Origin: an uncultured Acidimicrobiaceae bacterium
GTDB taxonomy: Bacteria; Actinomycetota; Acidimicrobiia; Acidimicrobiales; SZUA-35
NCBI GenBank assembly: GCA_964648795.1
Contig: CAZYMB010000002.1
Location: 3,643-67,642, forward strand
Reading direction: 5' to 3'
DNA length: 64,000 bases
Shown here: positions 45,796 through 55,178 of the stretch, in pieces
Layout of the letters: each line of letters begins with the position of its first letter
Numbering within the stretch: the stretch's first letter is position 1
The notes under the pieces: generated by a model
What the model was told of the DNA's origin: nothing
The model's input: the letters and a program-made list of their open reading frames with translations, nothing else
Databases searched by the model: none
Program-made: the position numbers and the translations under genes

Positions 45796-46563
45796 ATGCT
45801 CGCACAAGCAAACGATGCCATTGATGAAGCAGCAGGAGCAGCAGGCGATACCGCCGATAGTGCTACTGAGGCTGCGTCGAGTGGTAGTGGAGACTTCGAC
45901 ATAGTCGATACTCTTACAAATAGCGCCGAAGATCTTATAGAGATCTTTACTACATGGATTCCACGAATAGTCTTATTTGTGCTCATCCTTGTGATCGGAC
46001 GATTCGTCGCCAAGTTGATTGCAAAACTTGTCCGCAAGGTATTGAAGAAGGTCAACATCGATTACTACATGGACAAAGCCGGTATCGGTGGCCCACTCGA
46101 AAGAGCTGGATTTGCTGATAGTGGTGCCTTTGTAGGCAAGATTGTCTTCTACCTGATCTTCTTATTCGTACTAAAGATTGCTTTCGATGCGCTTGGTGTT
46201 CTAGCACTGAATGAGACTCTAGATGAGCTCATCTTGTGGCTACCTAGACTAATCGTTGCTCTAATCTTGGTCGTTGTTGGTGGCATTGTTGCTAACACAG
46301 TTAGAGACCTTGTTGCAGGTGCAACTTCTGGTCAGTCTTACTCTGCAACTGTCACGAAGATAGCGTTCTTCGCTATTTGGTTAATCTTTGGCCTTGCAGC
46401 ATTGAACCAAGTAGAAGTAGCAGCAGACTTAGTTAATACAATAACTGAGACCATCTTCTTGTCACTTGGAGCAATCCTTGTACTTAAGTTCGGTATAGGT
46501 GGAATCTGGGCAGCACGTGACCGTTTCTGGCCAAAAGTTTACGACACCATTTCTGGTAAGTAA
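45796..46563 (+). CDS. Membrane protein with conserved-TM-helix repeats (MscS-related family?)
   Basis: The protein has repeated hydrophobic helices with flanking basic residues (IVLFVLILVIGRFVAKLIAKLVRKVLKK). It is divergent from the ECF sigma operon and is followed by a clean terminator. Confidence 0.4.
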   Translation: MLAQANDAIDEAAGAAGDTADSATEAASSGSGDFDIVDTLTNSAEDLIEIFTTWIPRIVLFVLILVIGRFVAKLIAKLVRKVLKKVNIDYYMDKAGIGGPLERAGFADSGAFVGKIVFYLIFLFVLKIAFDALGVLALNETLDELILWLPRLIVALILVVVGGIVANTVRDLVAGATSGQSYSATVTKIAFFAIWLIFGLAALNQVEVAADLVNTITETIFLSLGAILVLKFGIGGIWAARDRFWPKVYDTISGK

Positions 46564-46587
46564 CCCAAAAACAATTAGTAGCTTAAT

Positions 46588-46627
46588 GTTGTGGAGTGGA
46601 CTATCGGTTCACTCCACAACTGTTTTT
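46588..46627 (+). terminator. Rho-independent terminator
   Basis: GTTGTGGAGTG-gactatcggtt-CACTCCACAAC forms an 11-bp perfect stem followed by TGTTTTT. Confidence 0.8.
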
Positions 46628-46666
46628 ATAGTCAAAGATTGACAGGCAAGCTGATAGCATCAGAAC

Positions 46667-47014
46667 ATGTCAAAACCAATCGCACCCTACTCGCCGTTCA
46701 GAGAAGCTGACGGGCTCATATTCTTTTCTGGACAAATTGGCCATGCTGATGGCAGTTTGGTTGAAGGTGGAATCCAGGCTGAGTTGGAACAAGTATTTAT
46801 AAACATTTCGGCGCTCCTATCAGAGACGAACCTTACACCTAATGACATAGTGAAGGCCACTGTCCTGTTAGCGGATATTGCTGATTATGAGACAATGAAC
46901 GATGCTTATGGTTCCTTCTTTAGCGACGTAAAGCCTGCCAGGTCAGCCTACGCTATCGGAGCCTTACCACGAGGTGCTCGAGTAGAGATAGAGCTAATAG
47001 GACAGCGCCCCTAG
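46667..47014 (+). CDS. RidA/YjgF-family reactive-intermediate deaminase
   Basis: PYSPFREADGLIFFSGQIG and ARSAYAIGALPRGARVEIE motifs are present. Confidence 0.8.
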   Translation: MSKPIAPYSPFREADGLIFFSGQIGHADGSLVEGGIQAELEQVFINISALLSETNLTPNDIVKATVLLADIADYETMNDAYGSFFSDVKPARSAYAIGALPRGARVEIELIGQRP

Positions 47015-48024
47015 ACCACAGAACTAACGGCAGCCCTTAGCTCTGTAGCATCAAATATATTGTCGAGTCGCTCTACTAAAACCCCATTGGCATTAACGAC
47101 ATAAAGCACTGGCTCGAAGTCAAGTCCCAAATCTCTCAGATATTGAGCTATCTCTATATTCGGATCAGAAAAGTTTCCGTTGACATCATCGGTATTTGAG
47201 TAAACCTCTCCGTGCATGAATTCAACCGACGGGAACTCATTAGTTATACTCAGAACCGTTTCGATTACGGGACCACAAAAGGCAGTGGCGCAGAATGCTG
47301 GTGTGGCTACGAGCAATACGAATGCTTGCGTACCGAGAATCTGGTCAACTGAGACATTGTGCAGACCGCAATGTTCAAACCTCGTACAAACTCGGTCAAC
47401 TCCTGCTGAGTCTGCATCAGTTGGCGTCTGGACCGATGGAAATAGCTGACCAGGCAATGTCCCTTGAACTTCATCTCGTTCAAAAGCTTGAACCGGAAGG
47501 GAAAGAAACTCACCGTTGACTCTTGTCTCGATATCGTAAACACCAGCTGTTGGAAAGTCGACCCTCAAAGGGTAATAGCGACTGATGTCTGCGTGTTGGT
47601 GGCCGTCACCGGCAACCTGGCCTACGTGATCGTGCGCCGCAACATGGCCAACGACTGTTAGCTCTGAGATAGTCTCCCCGTCTTTACGGATTATAATTGG
47701 AAGGCTTTCTCCATCTTGCAAGGTCTTTTCGCCTGATTCGACAACACCGAATGGCACGCGCTGTCCCGGTTGGTTAGCTGCGATTACTCGTGAAGGCGAA
47801 TACAGCGCCACCAACTCTGTGCGATCTGATGCAGTTGGCGGAATTTGAAACCCTCTAACAGAAGTAGTTGGCCCAGCTATCGCTGACGCAAACGAGTCCG
47901 TTGTAGCACAGCCTGAAGCTATTAATCCAGTTGCGCCAAGTAAAGCACTAAAAAAAGCTCGACGGCTCGGATTAGTTGAATCCCGAACGGATAGAAGCTC
48001 CCCTGAGCTGGCTTTGTCAACCAC
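47011..48024 (-). CDS. Tat-signal lipoprotein with a His-rich segment and a thioredoxin-like C-terminal region
   Basis: SRRAFFSALLGATGLIASGC carries a Tat motif and a lipobox. The protein also has HVAAHDHVGQVAGDGHQHAD and the C-terminal LLVATPAFCATAFCGP. The functional assignment is speculative. Confidence 0.45.
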   Translation of the reverse strand: MVDKASSGELLSVRDSTNPSRRAFFSALLGATGLIASGCATTDSFASAIAGPTTSVRGFQIPPTASDRTELVALYSPSRVIAANQPGQRVPFGVVESGEKTLQDGESLPIIIRKDGETISELTVVGHVAAHDHVGQVAGDGHQHADISRYYPLRVDFPTAGVYDIETRVNGEFLSLPVQAFERDEVQGTLPGQLFPSVQTPTDADSAGVDRVCTRFEHCGLHNVSVDQILGTQAFVLLVATPAFCATAFCGPVIETVLSITNEFPSVEFMHGEVYSNTDDVNGNFSDPNIEIAQYLRDLGLDFEPVLYVVNANGVLVERLDNIFDATELRAAVSSVV

Positions 48025-48088
48025 ACAAATGAGTCTAACCGAGAGATTGTTGTGACCATAGTGGATTGAGCATTGATAGGTTATATGG

Positions 48089-49342
48089 GTGATAGATGTT
48101 CAAAAACTTTGCTCTGACGCTAGTTATCGGCAACGCTCAATCGATAAAGGTGCTGATCCTGGACTAATCGACAAGGTATGTGACCTGTCTTCGGCGAGGT
48201 CCAAGCATCTGCAAACGACTGAAGCAATCCGAGCTAAAGCCAATTCCATGGCTAAAGAGATTGGTGCTGCGGCTCCAGATGAACGAGAAGCTAAAATTGC
48301 CGAAGCTTCGGAGCTTAAGGCCGAGTTGGCTGTAGCAGAAAAAAAACTAGAGACAATTCAGTCAGAGTTCGATTCGCTGAGTCTTGAAATTCCAAACCCA
48401 GCACATGAATCAGTGCCTCAAGGTGGTGAAGAAAACTTTCAGGTCGAGGAAGTTTTTGGTAACACGCCGGCTGCCAAAATTAGTCACGGAGATATCGGTG
48501 AAGCTCTTGGGATTGTAGACACCGAACGCGCCGTGCGCATGTCAGGCAGTCGCTTTGGTTACATCATGGCCGAAGCCGCAAGACTTCAGTTTGGTTTGAT
48601 CCAGTGGACACTAGAAAAGCTCGACAGCTACGGCTTCGTTCCTGTAGTTACCCCTGTACTAGTTAGAGAAGAAATGATGGAGCTTTCAGGCTTCTTCCCC
48701 ACTGACAAAAGCACCGCCTACAAGATCGAAGGCGACGACCACTACTTGATTGGGACATCCGAAGTTGCTTTGGCTGGCCTTCACAGACAAGAACAACTTG
48801 ATGTTGACAACCTTCCTCTACGATATGCAGGCTACTCAAGTTGCTTTAGACGTGAAGCCGGAACCTATGGCAAGGACACCAGTGGACTCTTCAGGCTTCA
48901 CCAATTCGATAAAGTCGAAATGTTCACCTACGTTCACCCAGACAACTCTTGGGATGAGCTTGAACGAATCCGCAAGATTCAGACCGAAATTTTCTCTGAG
49001 TTAGAGCTTCCGTTTAGAGTAATCACAACCGCAGCCAAGGACTTAGGGTCAGCTGCGGCCAAAAAGTATGACCTCGAAGTATGGTTACCATCCGAGCAAC
49101 GCTATAGAGAAATCACTAGTTGTTCTAACTACACCGATTACTCGGCACGAAGAATGAACACAACGGTAAAGATTGATGGCAAAAAGCAGTTGGTCCATAC
49201 CCTAAATGGAACAGCTTGTGCTGTCGGTAGAACGCTGTTGAATATCTTTGAGAACCACCAAACCGACGACGGTACCGTGTTGATTCCGAAAGTTTTGCAG
49301 CCATATTGTGGTGGCATCGAAGCAATAGAGCCTAAAAACTAG
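48089..49342 (+). CDS. serS: Serine--tRNA ligase
   Basis: A coiled-coil N-terminus is followed by class II motifs (SSCFRREAG, RLHQFDKVEMF, GTACAVGRTL). The start is GTG. Confidence 0.9.
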   Translation: MIDVQKLCSDASYRQRSIDKGADPGLIDKVCDLSSARSKHLQTTEAIRAKANSMAKEIGAAAPDEREAKIAEASELKAELAVAEKKLETIQSEFDSLSLEIPNPAHESVPQGGEENFQVEEVFGNTPAAKISHGDIGEALGIVDTERAVRMSGSRFGYIMAEAARLQFGLIQWTLEKLDSYGFVPVVTPVLVREEMMELSGFFPTDKSTAYKIEGDDHYLIGTSEVALAGLHRQEQLDVDNLPLRYAGYSSCFRREAGTYGKDTSGLFRLHQFDKVEMFTYVHPDNSWDELERIRKIQTEIFSELELPFRVITTAAKDLGSAAAKKYDLEVWLPSEQRYREITSCSNYTDYSARRMNTTVKIDGKKQLVHTLNGTACAVGRTLLNIFENHQTDDGTVLIPKVLQPYCGGIEAIEPKN

Positions 49343-49420
49343 CTAATTTAGACAAATACACCGCGCTGTAGGCACTGAGTCACTAATATCGGCGTCCAGC
49401 GATCCGAATAGGTTACTACC

Positions 49421-50686
49421 ATGTCAAGCCAGCACCAGAGCCTTCACGAAGCTTCAGTAAGCCAATTTCAAAAAGCCGCTGAGATTATCGATGTAAAAGA
49501 GAAATATCGGAAGATTCTCGCAGCTCCGAAAAACGAGATAATCGTAAACTTTCCAGTCTCGCTAGATGATGGCTCGATGAAAATCTTTACTGGCTACAGG
49601 ATTCAACACAACAACATCCTCGGTCCATTTAAGGGCGGCCTCCGTTTCCACCACACGGTTAATCTTGATGAAGTCAGAGCACTGGCTGCTTGGATGACAT
49701 TTAAGACAGCTCTTAGCGACATCCCATTTGGTGGAGCCAAAGGTGGAGTCACAATGAACCCCCGTGACTACTCCCAAGCTGAACTAGAACGAATTGTTCG
49801 TCGTTTCACTCATGCTCTCGGTCAGAACATTGGACCAGATCATGACATACCGGCCCCCGATGTGGGCACCAATAGCCAAACCATGGACTGGCTAATGGAC
49901 ACATATGTTAATACAGCCACACCAGGGTCTCGCCAAGCAACTAAGGGTGTTGTAACCGGTAAGTCCATTGAGTGTGGCGGCTCAAAGGGTCGTGATGCTG
50001 CGACTGGTCAAGGTGTGCTCTACAGTCTTCGTCACTGGTGTGGTGAAACTGATACACGCCTAAACTCACTCAAAATCGCGATTCAGGGCTTTGGTAATGT
50101 GGGTGGTCACTTCGCTCGCCTTGCGTCTGAAGCTGGCTGTAAAGTTATTGCTATTGCGGATCATACTGGGACAATTGCTGATGAGGCTGGTATCGATATT
50201 GGCGCCCTCACTGAGTATGCCAAAGCTAACGGTGGTATTGCAGGCTTTGACAAAGCCGATGAAATCGACACTGAGGAACTCTTTTCTGTTGATGTAGACG
50301 TACTAGTCCCAGCTGCGTTGGAGAATCAAATTACCGTTGAACGCGCAAAGTCAATGAAGGCAAAGCTAGTAATCGAAGCCGCCAACGGTCCCACCACACC
50401 AGAAGCTGATCAACTTTTAATAGACAACGGCATTGAAGTCATCCCGGACATTCTTGCCAATGCTGGTGGTGTAATTGTTTCCTACTTTGAATGGCTACAA
50501 AATAAATCATCTCGTAGTTGGTCAACTGATGATATTGAAGATCGCTTTCGAGAAATTGTTTGGCGAGCTCATGATTCTGTAGTCGATGCCAAACAAGAAC
50601 TCGTTTGTTCTATGCGTGATGCTGCTTACGTGGTGGCACTGAAGCGAATCATCTCAACTTACGAACGTCGCGGGATTTTTCCTTAA
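49421..50686 (+). CDS. gdhA: Glutamate dehydrogenase (Glu/Leu/Phe/Val dehydrogenase family)
   Basis: GPFKGGLRFH, PFGGAKGG and the GFGNVG Rossmann motif are present. Confidence 0.85.
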   Translation: MSSQHQSLHEASVSQFQKAAEIIDVKEKYRKILAAPKNEIIVNFPVSLDDGSMKIFTGYRIQHNNILGPFKGGLRFHHTVNLDEVRALAAWMTFKTALSDIPFGGAKGGVTMNPRDYSQAELERIVRRFTHALGQNIGPDHDIPAPDVGTNSQTMDWLMDTYVNTATPGSRQATKGVVTGKSIECGGSKGRDAATGQGVLYSLRHWCGETDTRLNSLKIAIQGFGNVGGHFARLASEAGCKVIAIADHTGTIADEAGIDIGALTEYAKANGGIAGFDKADEIDTEELFSVDVDVLVPAALENQITVERAKSMKAKLVIEAANGPTTPEADQLLIDNGIEVIPDILANAGGVIVSYFEWLQNKSSRSWSTDDIEDRFREIVWRAHDSVVDAKQELVCSMRDAAYVVALKRIISTYERRGIFP

Positions 50687-50767
50687 ACAACTATCTGCGA
50701 ATCTAGTAGTGCGATAATAGGGCTTAGCTACCTGCTTCTCATAAATGAGTTGCACTATGGAGGAAAC

Positions 50768-51781
50768 ATGGTTTATCGCGCAGAATATCTGTGGATAGAT
50801 GGAACTGAGCCCACTGCCGAAATCAGATCCAAGACAAAAGTCTTGGCCGATGGTGAAGCACCTGGGACTTGGGGTTACGACGGGTCCAGCACTAATCAAG
50901 CAGCCGGCGATGACTCAGATATTGTTCTAGAACCAAAGTTCACATGCCCTGACCCAATCCGAGGTGGAAGCGACATCTTGGTAATGTGCGAAACATACAC
51001 TCCTAGCGACATGTTGCCCCATTCGACTAATCATCGTGCTGCGGCAGTCAAAGCCTTAGAAACCTACGCTGACCAAGAACCGTTGTTTGGTCTCGAGCAG
51101 GAATATACAATGCTTGACCCTGTAACTGAGTGGCCATACGGATTTCCTGCAGGCGGCTACCCACGCCCACAGGGCCCTTACTACTGTGGTGTTGGTGCAG
51201 TTGCCATCTCAGGACGAGATATTGTCGAAGAACACACCACTCTTTGTATTGAAGCAGGGCTTGCAATTTCTGGTACAAACGCAGAGGTTATGCCGGGGCA
51301 ATGGGAGTTCCAAATCGGGCCAGTCGACACCGTTACGGTAGCTGACCACACCTGGATTGCCAGATACCTTCTTTACAGAGTTGGTGAAAAGTACAACGTT
51401 GAAATCTCACTAGCAGCCAAGCCAATGAAGGGTGATTGGAATGGGGCTGGGATGCACACGAACTTCTCGACCAAGGCTATGCGTGAGTCCTACCCCCCAA
51501 TCGAACAAGCTGCACAATCACTGGGTGCCCCCGGCAAGCCAGAAGAACATCTAGCCGGCTACGGTCAAGGGATCGAAGAGCGCCTAACTGGAGCTCACGA
51601 AACGCAACGATACGATGAGTACTCTTATGGAGTATCTGATCGTGGAGCTTCCGTTCGTATTCCATGGCAAGTCGCTCAAGACCAGAAGGGCTACATCGAG
51701 GATCGTCGCCCTAATGCGAATGCTGACCCTTATGTTGTTGCTCGTCTAATGACAAATACTGTCTGCGCAGCACTGGCCTAA
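50768..51781 (+). CDS. glnII: Glutamine synthetase type II (GlnII, eukaryote-like)
   Basis: The protein is about 338 aa and begins YRAEYLWIDG...RSKTK. GQWEFQIGP and HTNFST motifs are present. A GGAGGA RBS lies 5 nt upstream of the ATG at 50768. Confidence 0.85.
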   Translation: MVYRAEYLWIDGTEPTAEIRSKTKVLADGEAPGTWGYDGSSTNQAAGDDSDIVLEPKFTCPDPIRGGSDILVMCETYTPSDMLPHSTNHRAAAVKALETYADQEPLFGLEQEYTMLDPVTEWPYGFPAGGYPRPQGPYYCGVGAVAISGRDIVEEHTTLCIEAGLAISGTNAEVMPGQWEFQIGPVDTVTVADHTWIARYLLYRVGEKYNVEISLAAKPMKGDWNGAGMHTNFSTKAMRESYPPIEQAAQSLGAPGKPEEHLAGYGQGIEERLTGAHETQRYDEYSYGVSDRGASVRIPWQVAQDQKGYIEDRRPNANADPYVVARLMTNTVCAALA

Positions 51782-51861
51782 ACGCCAAAAAGCCTAATAA
51801 ACAAGGCCATTTAGGGCGCGCTGACAAATTAACAAACGACATGTAATCTAGTTACTAGAAC

Positions 51862-51903
51862 GTTGAGGAGCTTCGGGCGGGAGGCTCCTCAACCTCTGTT
51901 TTT
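51862..51903 (+). terminator. Rho-independent terminator after glnII, overlapping the asd stop codon
   Basis: GTTGAGGAGC-ttcgggcgggag-GCTCCTCAAC forms a 10-bp perfect stem followed by CTCTGTTTTT. Confidence 0.75.
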
Positions 51904-52921
51904 AGGACTCTTTTGCGAGCAACTCTGCGATCTGCACCGCATTGAGTGCGGCGCCTTTGCGTAAGTTGTCTCCAACAACAAACAGGCTCAGTCCATTTTC
52001 AAATACTTCTGACGGGCGAATTCGTCCGACTAGAGATTCATCTATCCCCGCTGACTTGAGCGGCGTTGGAATGTTATCTACAATCACATCTGAGCGTTGA
52101 GATAACAGGTTAGTTGCCTCAGCTGGAGTGATTGGCGACTCGAACGACGCAGTAATCGCCAACGAGTGACCTGTATAAACCGGAACACGAACACAGGTCG
52201 GGGCTACCGTCAAATCTTCAATTCCCAAAATCTTGCGACTCTCATAACGAAGTTTCTGTTCTTCTGATGTCTCGTATAGACCATCATCAACTAGATCGCC
52301 AGCCCATGGAAGAGCGTTATAGGCAATTGGTTCTGCATAGGTAGCTGGCTCAGAAAAGCTAACACTTTGACCATCTGTCACTAGCGATGCAGGAGAAGAG
52401 GCTGAATCAATCTGATTAGTCAGCTCGTCTACTCCAGCAAGACCGCTTCCAGAAACTGCTTGGTAAGAGCTAACGATCATTGCTTTAAGGCCAGCTGCCT
52501 CATGAAGTGTTTTCATAACTGGCATTGCAACCATGGTCGTACAGTTCGGATTCGCAATAATGCCCTTAGGACAATTGGCTACATCCTCATCATTGGCGCC
52601 AACAACGACCAGAGGAACTCCGTCATCTTGTCGCCAGGCGGAAGAATTGTCAACTACAACTGCGCCATCTAGTACAACCTTGGGAGCTAACTCTTTAGAA
52701 GTTGAACCACCGGCAGAGAACAACACTATATCTAAGCCTTCGTAAGACGCTGCTGAAGCATCTTCAACAATTATTGACCGACCATTCCAGGTGATCTCTT
52801 TGCCAGCGGACCGAGGACTAGCAAACAATCTGAGCTCATCAATGTCTGGCATCCTCTTAGCCAAAATATCTAGCATCACCCCGCCAACTTGACCAGTGGC
52901 CCCTACAATTCCTATATTCAT
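51902..52921 (-). CDS. asd: Aspartate-semialdehyde dehydrogenase
   Basis: MNIGIVGATGQVG and the active-site NPNCTT motif are present. It lies directly downstream of the aspartokinase gene. Confidence 0.9.
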   Translation of the reverse strand: MNIGIVGATGQVGGVMLDILAKRMPDIDELRLFASPRSAGKEITWNGRSIIVEDASAASYEGLDIVLFSAGGSTSKELAPKVVLDGAVVVDNSSAWRQDDGVPLVVVGANDEDVANCPKGIIANPNCTTMVAMPVMKTLHEAAGLKAMIVSSYQAVSGSGLAGVDELTNQIDSASSPASLVTDGQSVSFSEPATYAEPIAYNALPWAGDLVDDGLYETSEEQKLRYESRKILGIEDLTVAPTCVRVPVYTGHSLAITASFESPITPAEATNLLSQRSDVIVDNIPTPLKSAGIDESLVGRIRPSEVFENGLSLFVVGDNLRKGAALNAVQIAELLAKES

Positions 52922-52928
52922 TTTGTTC

Positions 52929-54173
52929 CTAACCTAATCCGAAGCCGGCGTGTAGTTCTACGACAGCTCTTTCGGCAAAGTCTTCGTCGATAACACAACT
53001 TACTCTTACAGGAGAAGTAGAGATCATATGAATGTTGATGCCGTTGTCTCCAAGGATGTCAAACATCTTTGCGGCCACCCCTGGATTTGATTTCATAGCT
53101 GCTCCAACAATTGTTACCTTGGCGACCGCATCGCTACCAGCTACAGCGGTGGCACCAAGCTCAGCAAGTAGATCTTTACTTAGGGCATCGGCCACCTTGT
53201 CAGACTCTTCTGTCGCAGCAGTAAATGTAATGTCGGTCTTGCCGTCAGGCGATACATTCTGGACGATCATGTCAACTGACACGCCGGCGTCTGCCAAAGT
53301 GCCGAAGAGCTTCGCTGAGTGACCAGGGATGTCACTGACATCTGAGATCGTGTGCTTGGACATGTCTGAATCGTGAGTGACAGCGGTAATGCTTGAGCGT
53401 TCCATAATGTTGATTCCTTGTTGTTTGGTTGCTGGCGGATACTCTGACCCAGCTACGTTTGTGCCTGCTTCCCAGGTAAAAGCTGAGCGAATATGCAAAG
53501 GCACACCCCAAAGATGTGCCAGTTCTACAGATCTTAAAGCAGGCTTAGGACAACCTGCTGCCGTGAGCTCTAGGAGTTCGTCGAATGAAATCTCACTAAG
53601 TTTCTGTGCGTTTGGTACAAGCCTCGGATCGGCTGAGAACACACCGGACACATCTGTAAATAACTCACATGCATCAGCGTCTAGAGCCATGGCCAGCCCA
53701 ACAGCTGTTGTGTCACTCCCACCTCGACCTAAGAAAGTAATGTCCTTCTCTGTCGATACGCCCTGACTTCCAGCAACTACTGGAACTACGCCGGCATCGA
53801 TCGCCTCTGAAATTCGGAATGGGTTAATCTCTAGAATCTTTGCATTGCGATGATTAGTGTCGGTCAAGAAACCAGCCTGAGAACCGGTGAAGGATTCTGC
53901 TTCGATTCCTAGGTCATTTAGAGCCATACAAACCAAAGCAATTGCTTTACGTTCTCCAGCAGTAATTAGCATGTCCATTTCTCGCCCCGGCTTAGACCTA
54001 GAGACCTGATTGGCTACATGCAGAAGATCGTCAGTTTCTTTGCCCATCGCAGAAACAACCAACGCAATAGAGTCACCAAGATTGACTCTTCGGGCAACCT
54101 GATCTGCCACTGCCTTGATTCTGTCAGGGGAGGCAACCGAGGTGCCGCCAAACTTTTGAACTAGTAAAGCCAC
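52929..54173 (-). CDS. lysC: Aspartate kinase (with probable internal beta-subunit start at 53405)
   Basis: The GTG start gives VALLVQKFGGTSV, and the C-terminus carries ACT domains. The longer ORF to 54326 has a non-homologous leader and would overlap the divergent ppi gene. Confidence 0.9.
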   Translation of the reverse strand: MALLVQKFGGTSVASPDRIKAVADQVARRVNLGDSIALVVSAMGKETDDLLHVANQVSRSKPGREMDMLITAGERKAIALVCMALNDLGIEAESFTGSQAGFLTDTNHRNAKILEINPFRISEAIDAGVVPVVAGSQGVSTEKDITFLGRGGSDTTAVGLAMALDADACELFTDVSGVFSADPRLVPNAQKLSEISFDELLELTAAGCPKPALRSVELAHLWGVPLHIRSAFTWEAGTNVAGSEYPPATKQQGINIMERSSITAVTHDSDMSKHTISDVSDIPGHSAKLFGTLADAGVSVDMIVQNVSPDGKTDITFTAATEESDKVADALSKDLLAELGATAVAGSDAVAKVTIVGAAMKSNPGVAAKMFDILGDNGINIHMISTSPVRVSCVIDEDFAERAVVELHAGFGLG

Positions 54174-54293
54174 AGTTATATAACGTACAAGATCAAACAC
54201 CTCTTTAGTAATCGCTGAGCAGAGTTTAAGCAGTAAATCGCGACCTTCAGCAATATTGTCCGGTATGGCGCACAGAATTGATAGTTTTGAGCT

Positions 54294-55178
54294 GTGGCAA
54301 CAGAAAAACGTGAAAGACAGCGCCAAAATAGGGCGAAAAAGAACGAAATTGAAGCGGCTCAGGCCAAAAAGGCTTCAACCGGTAAGGTAGTGCGAAATAT
54401 AAGCCTAATTGCGGTGGTAATCATAGGTGTTGTGTTAGCTATCAACTTCTTTGGTGGAGACGACGAAATAGCTATTGAAACTACTGAAGGCGCCGACTCT
54501 GCTGATATTGACGAATTCGAAGACTTCCTAGAAGACGCTCAAGCAGACGGGTTGATCGAGCCAGAAATCGAAATAACTGAAACAGAAGATGATAACGATG
54601 AAGCTGGGCTCGAAGTAGTTGAATCTAGTTTCCCATGTCCGGCCACAGATGGGTCTAGCGAACAAGTTAGAGTATTTGATGGAGTACCACCAAGTTGTTT
54701 AACTGCAGGTGTCGACTACTCAGCAGTATTAGATACAAGTTTTGGAACGCTCGAAATAGATCTAGCCCAAGACACCGCTCCTACTACGGTGAACAACTTT
54801 GTTTACCTAAGTCGCTACCAATACTACGACGGGCTTAGCTTCCACCGAATTGTCGAAGACTTCGTTATTCAGGGTGGCGATCCAGACGGTAATGGAACCG
54901 GTGGGCCTGGTTACAGCTTCGAAGATGAACTTCCAGATGACATTTCGGCGTACCAACCGGGGACAGTGGCTATGGCAAACTCGGGCCCTAACACTAACGG
55001 TAGCCAGTTCTTCATTGTTACTGCCGACGAATGGCCCGGACAACCAGCATTTAGCATCTTTGGTGAAGTTACAGAAGGCCTAGACGACGTTATAGAAGTA
55101 AGCCAAGTCCAAGTCGATCCAGGCAGTGTTCCAGTTGACGATGTAATCATAAACTCAGTGGAGATTATTGAGTCTTGA
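54294..55178 (+). CDS. Cyclophilin-type peptidyl-prolyl cis-trans isomerase, membrane-anchored
   Basis: A basic N-terminus and a TM segment (ISLIAVVIIGVVLAINFF) are followed by FHRIVEDFVIQGGDP...GGPGY.F.DE...MAN.GPNTNGSQFFI. Confidence 0.85.
   Translation: MATEKRERQRQNRAKKNEIEAAQAKKASTGKVVRNISLIAVVIIGVVLAINFFGGDDEIAIETTEGADSADIDEFEDFLEDAQADGLIEPEIEITETEDDNDEAGLEVVESSFPCPATDGSSEQVRVFDGVPPSCLTAGVDYSAVLDTSFGTLEIDLAQDTAPTTVNNFVYLSRYQYYDGLSFHRIVEDFVIQGGDPDGNGTGGPGYSFEDELPDDISAYQPGTVAMANSGPNTNGSQFFIVTADEWPGQPAFSIFGEVTEGLDDVIEVSQVQVDPGSVPVDDVIINSVEIIES

Noticed and set aside
45717-46058. A 113-aa minus-strand ORF.
   Set aside because: It overlaps the 5' part of the plus-strand membrane-protein gene (45796-46563), which has a clear terminator and TM pattern. 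It is antisense and Ala/Ser-rich.
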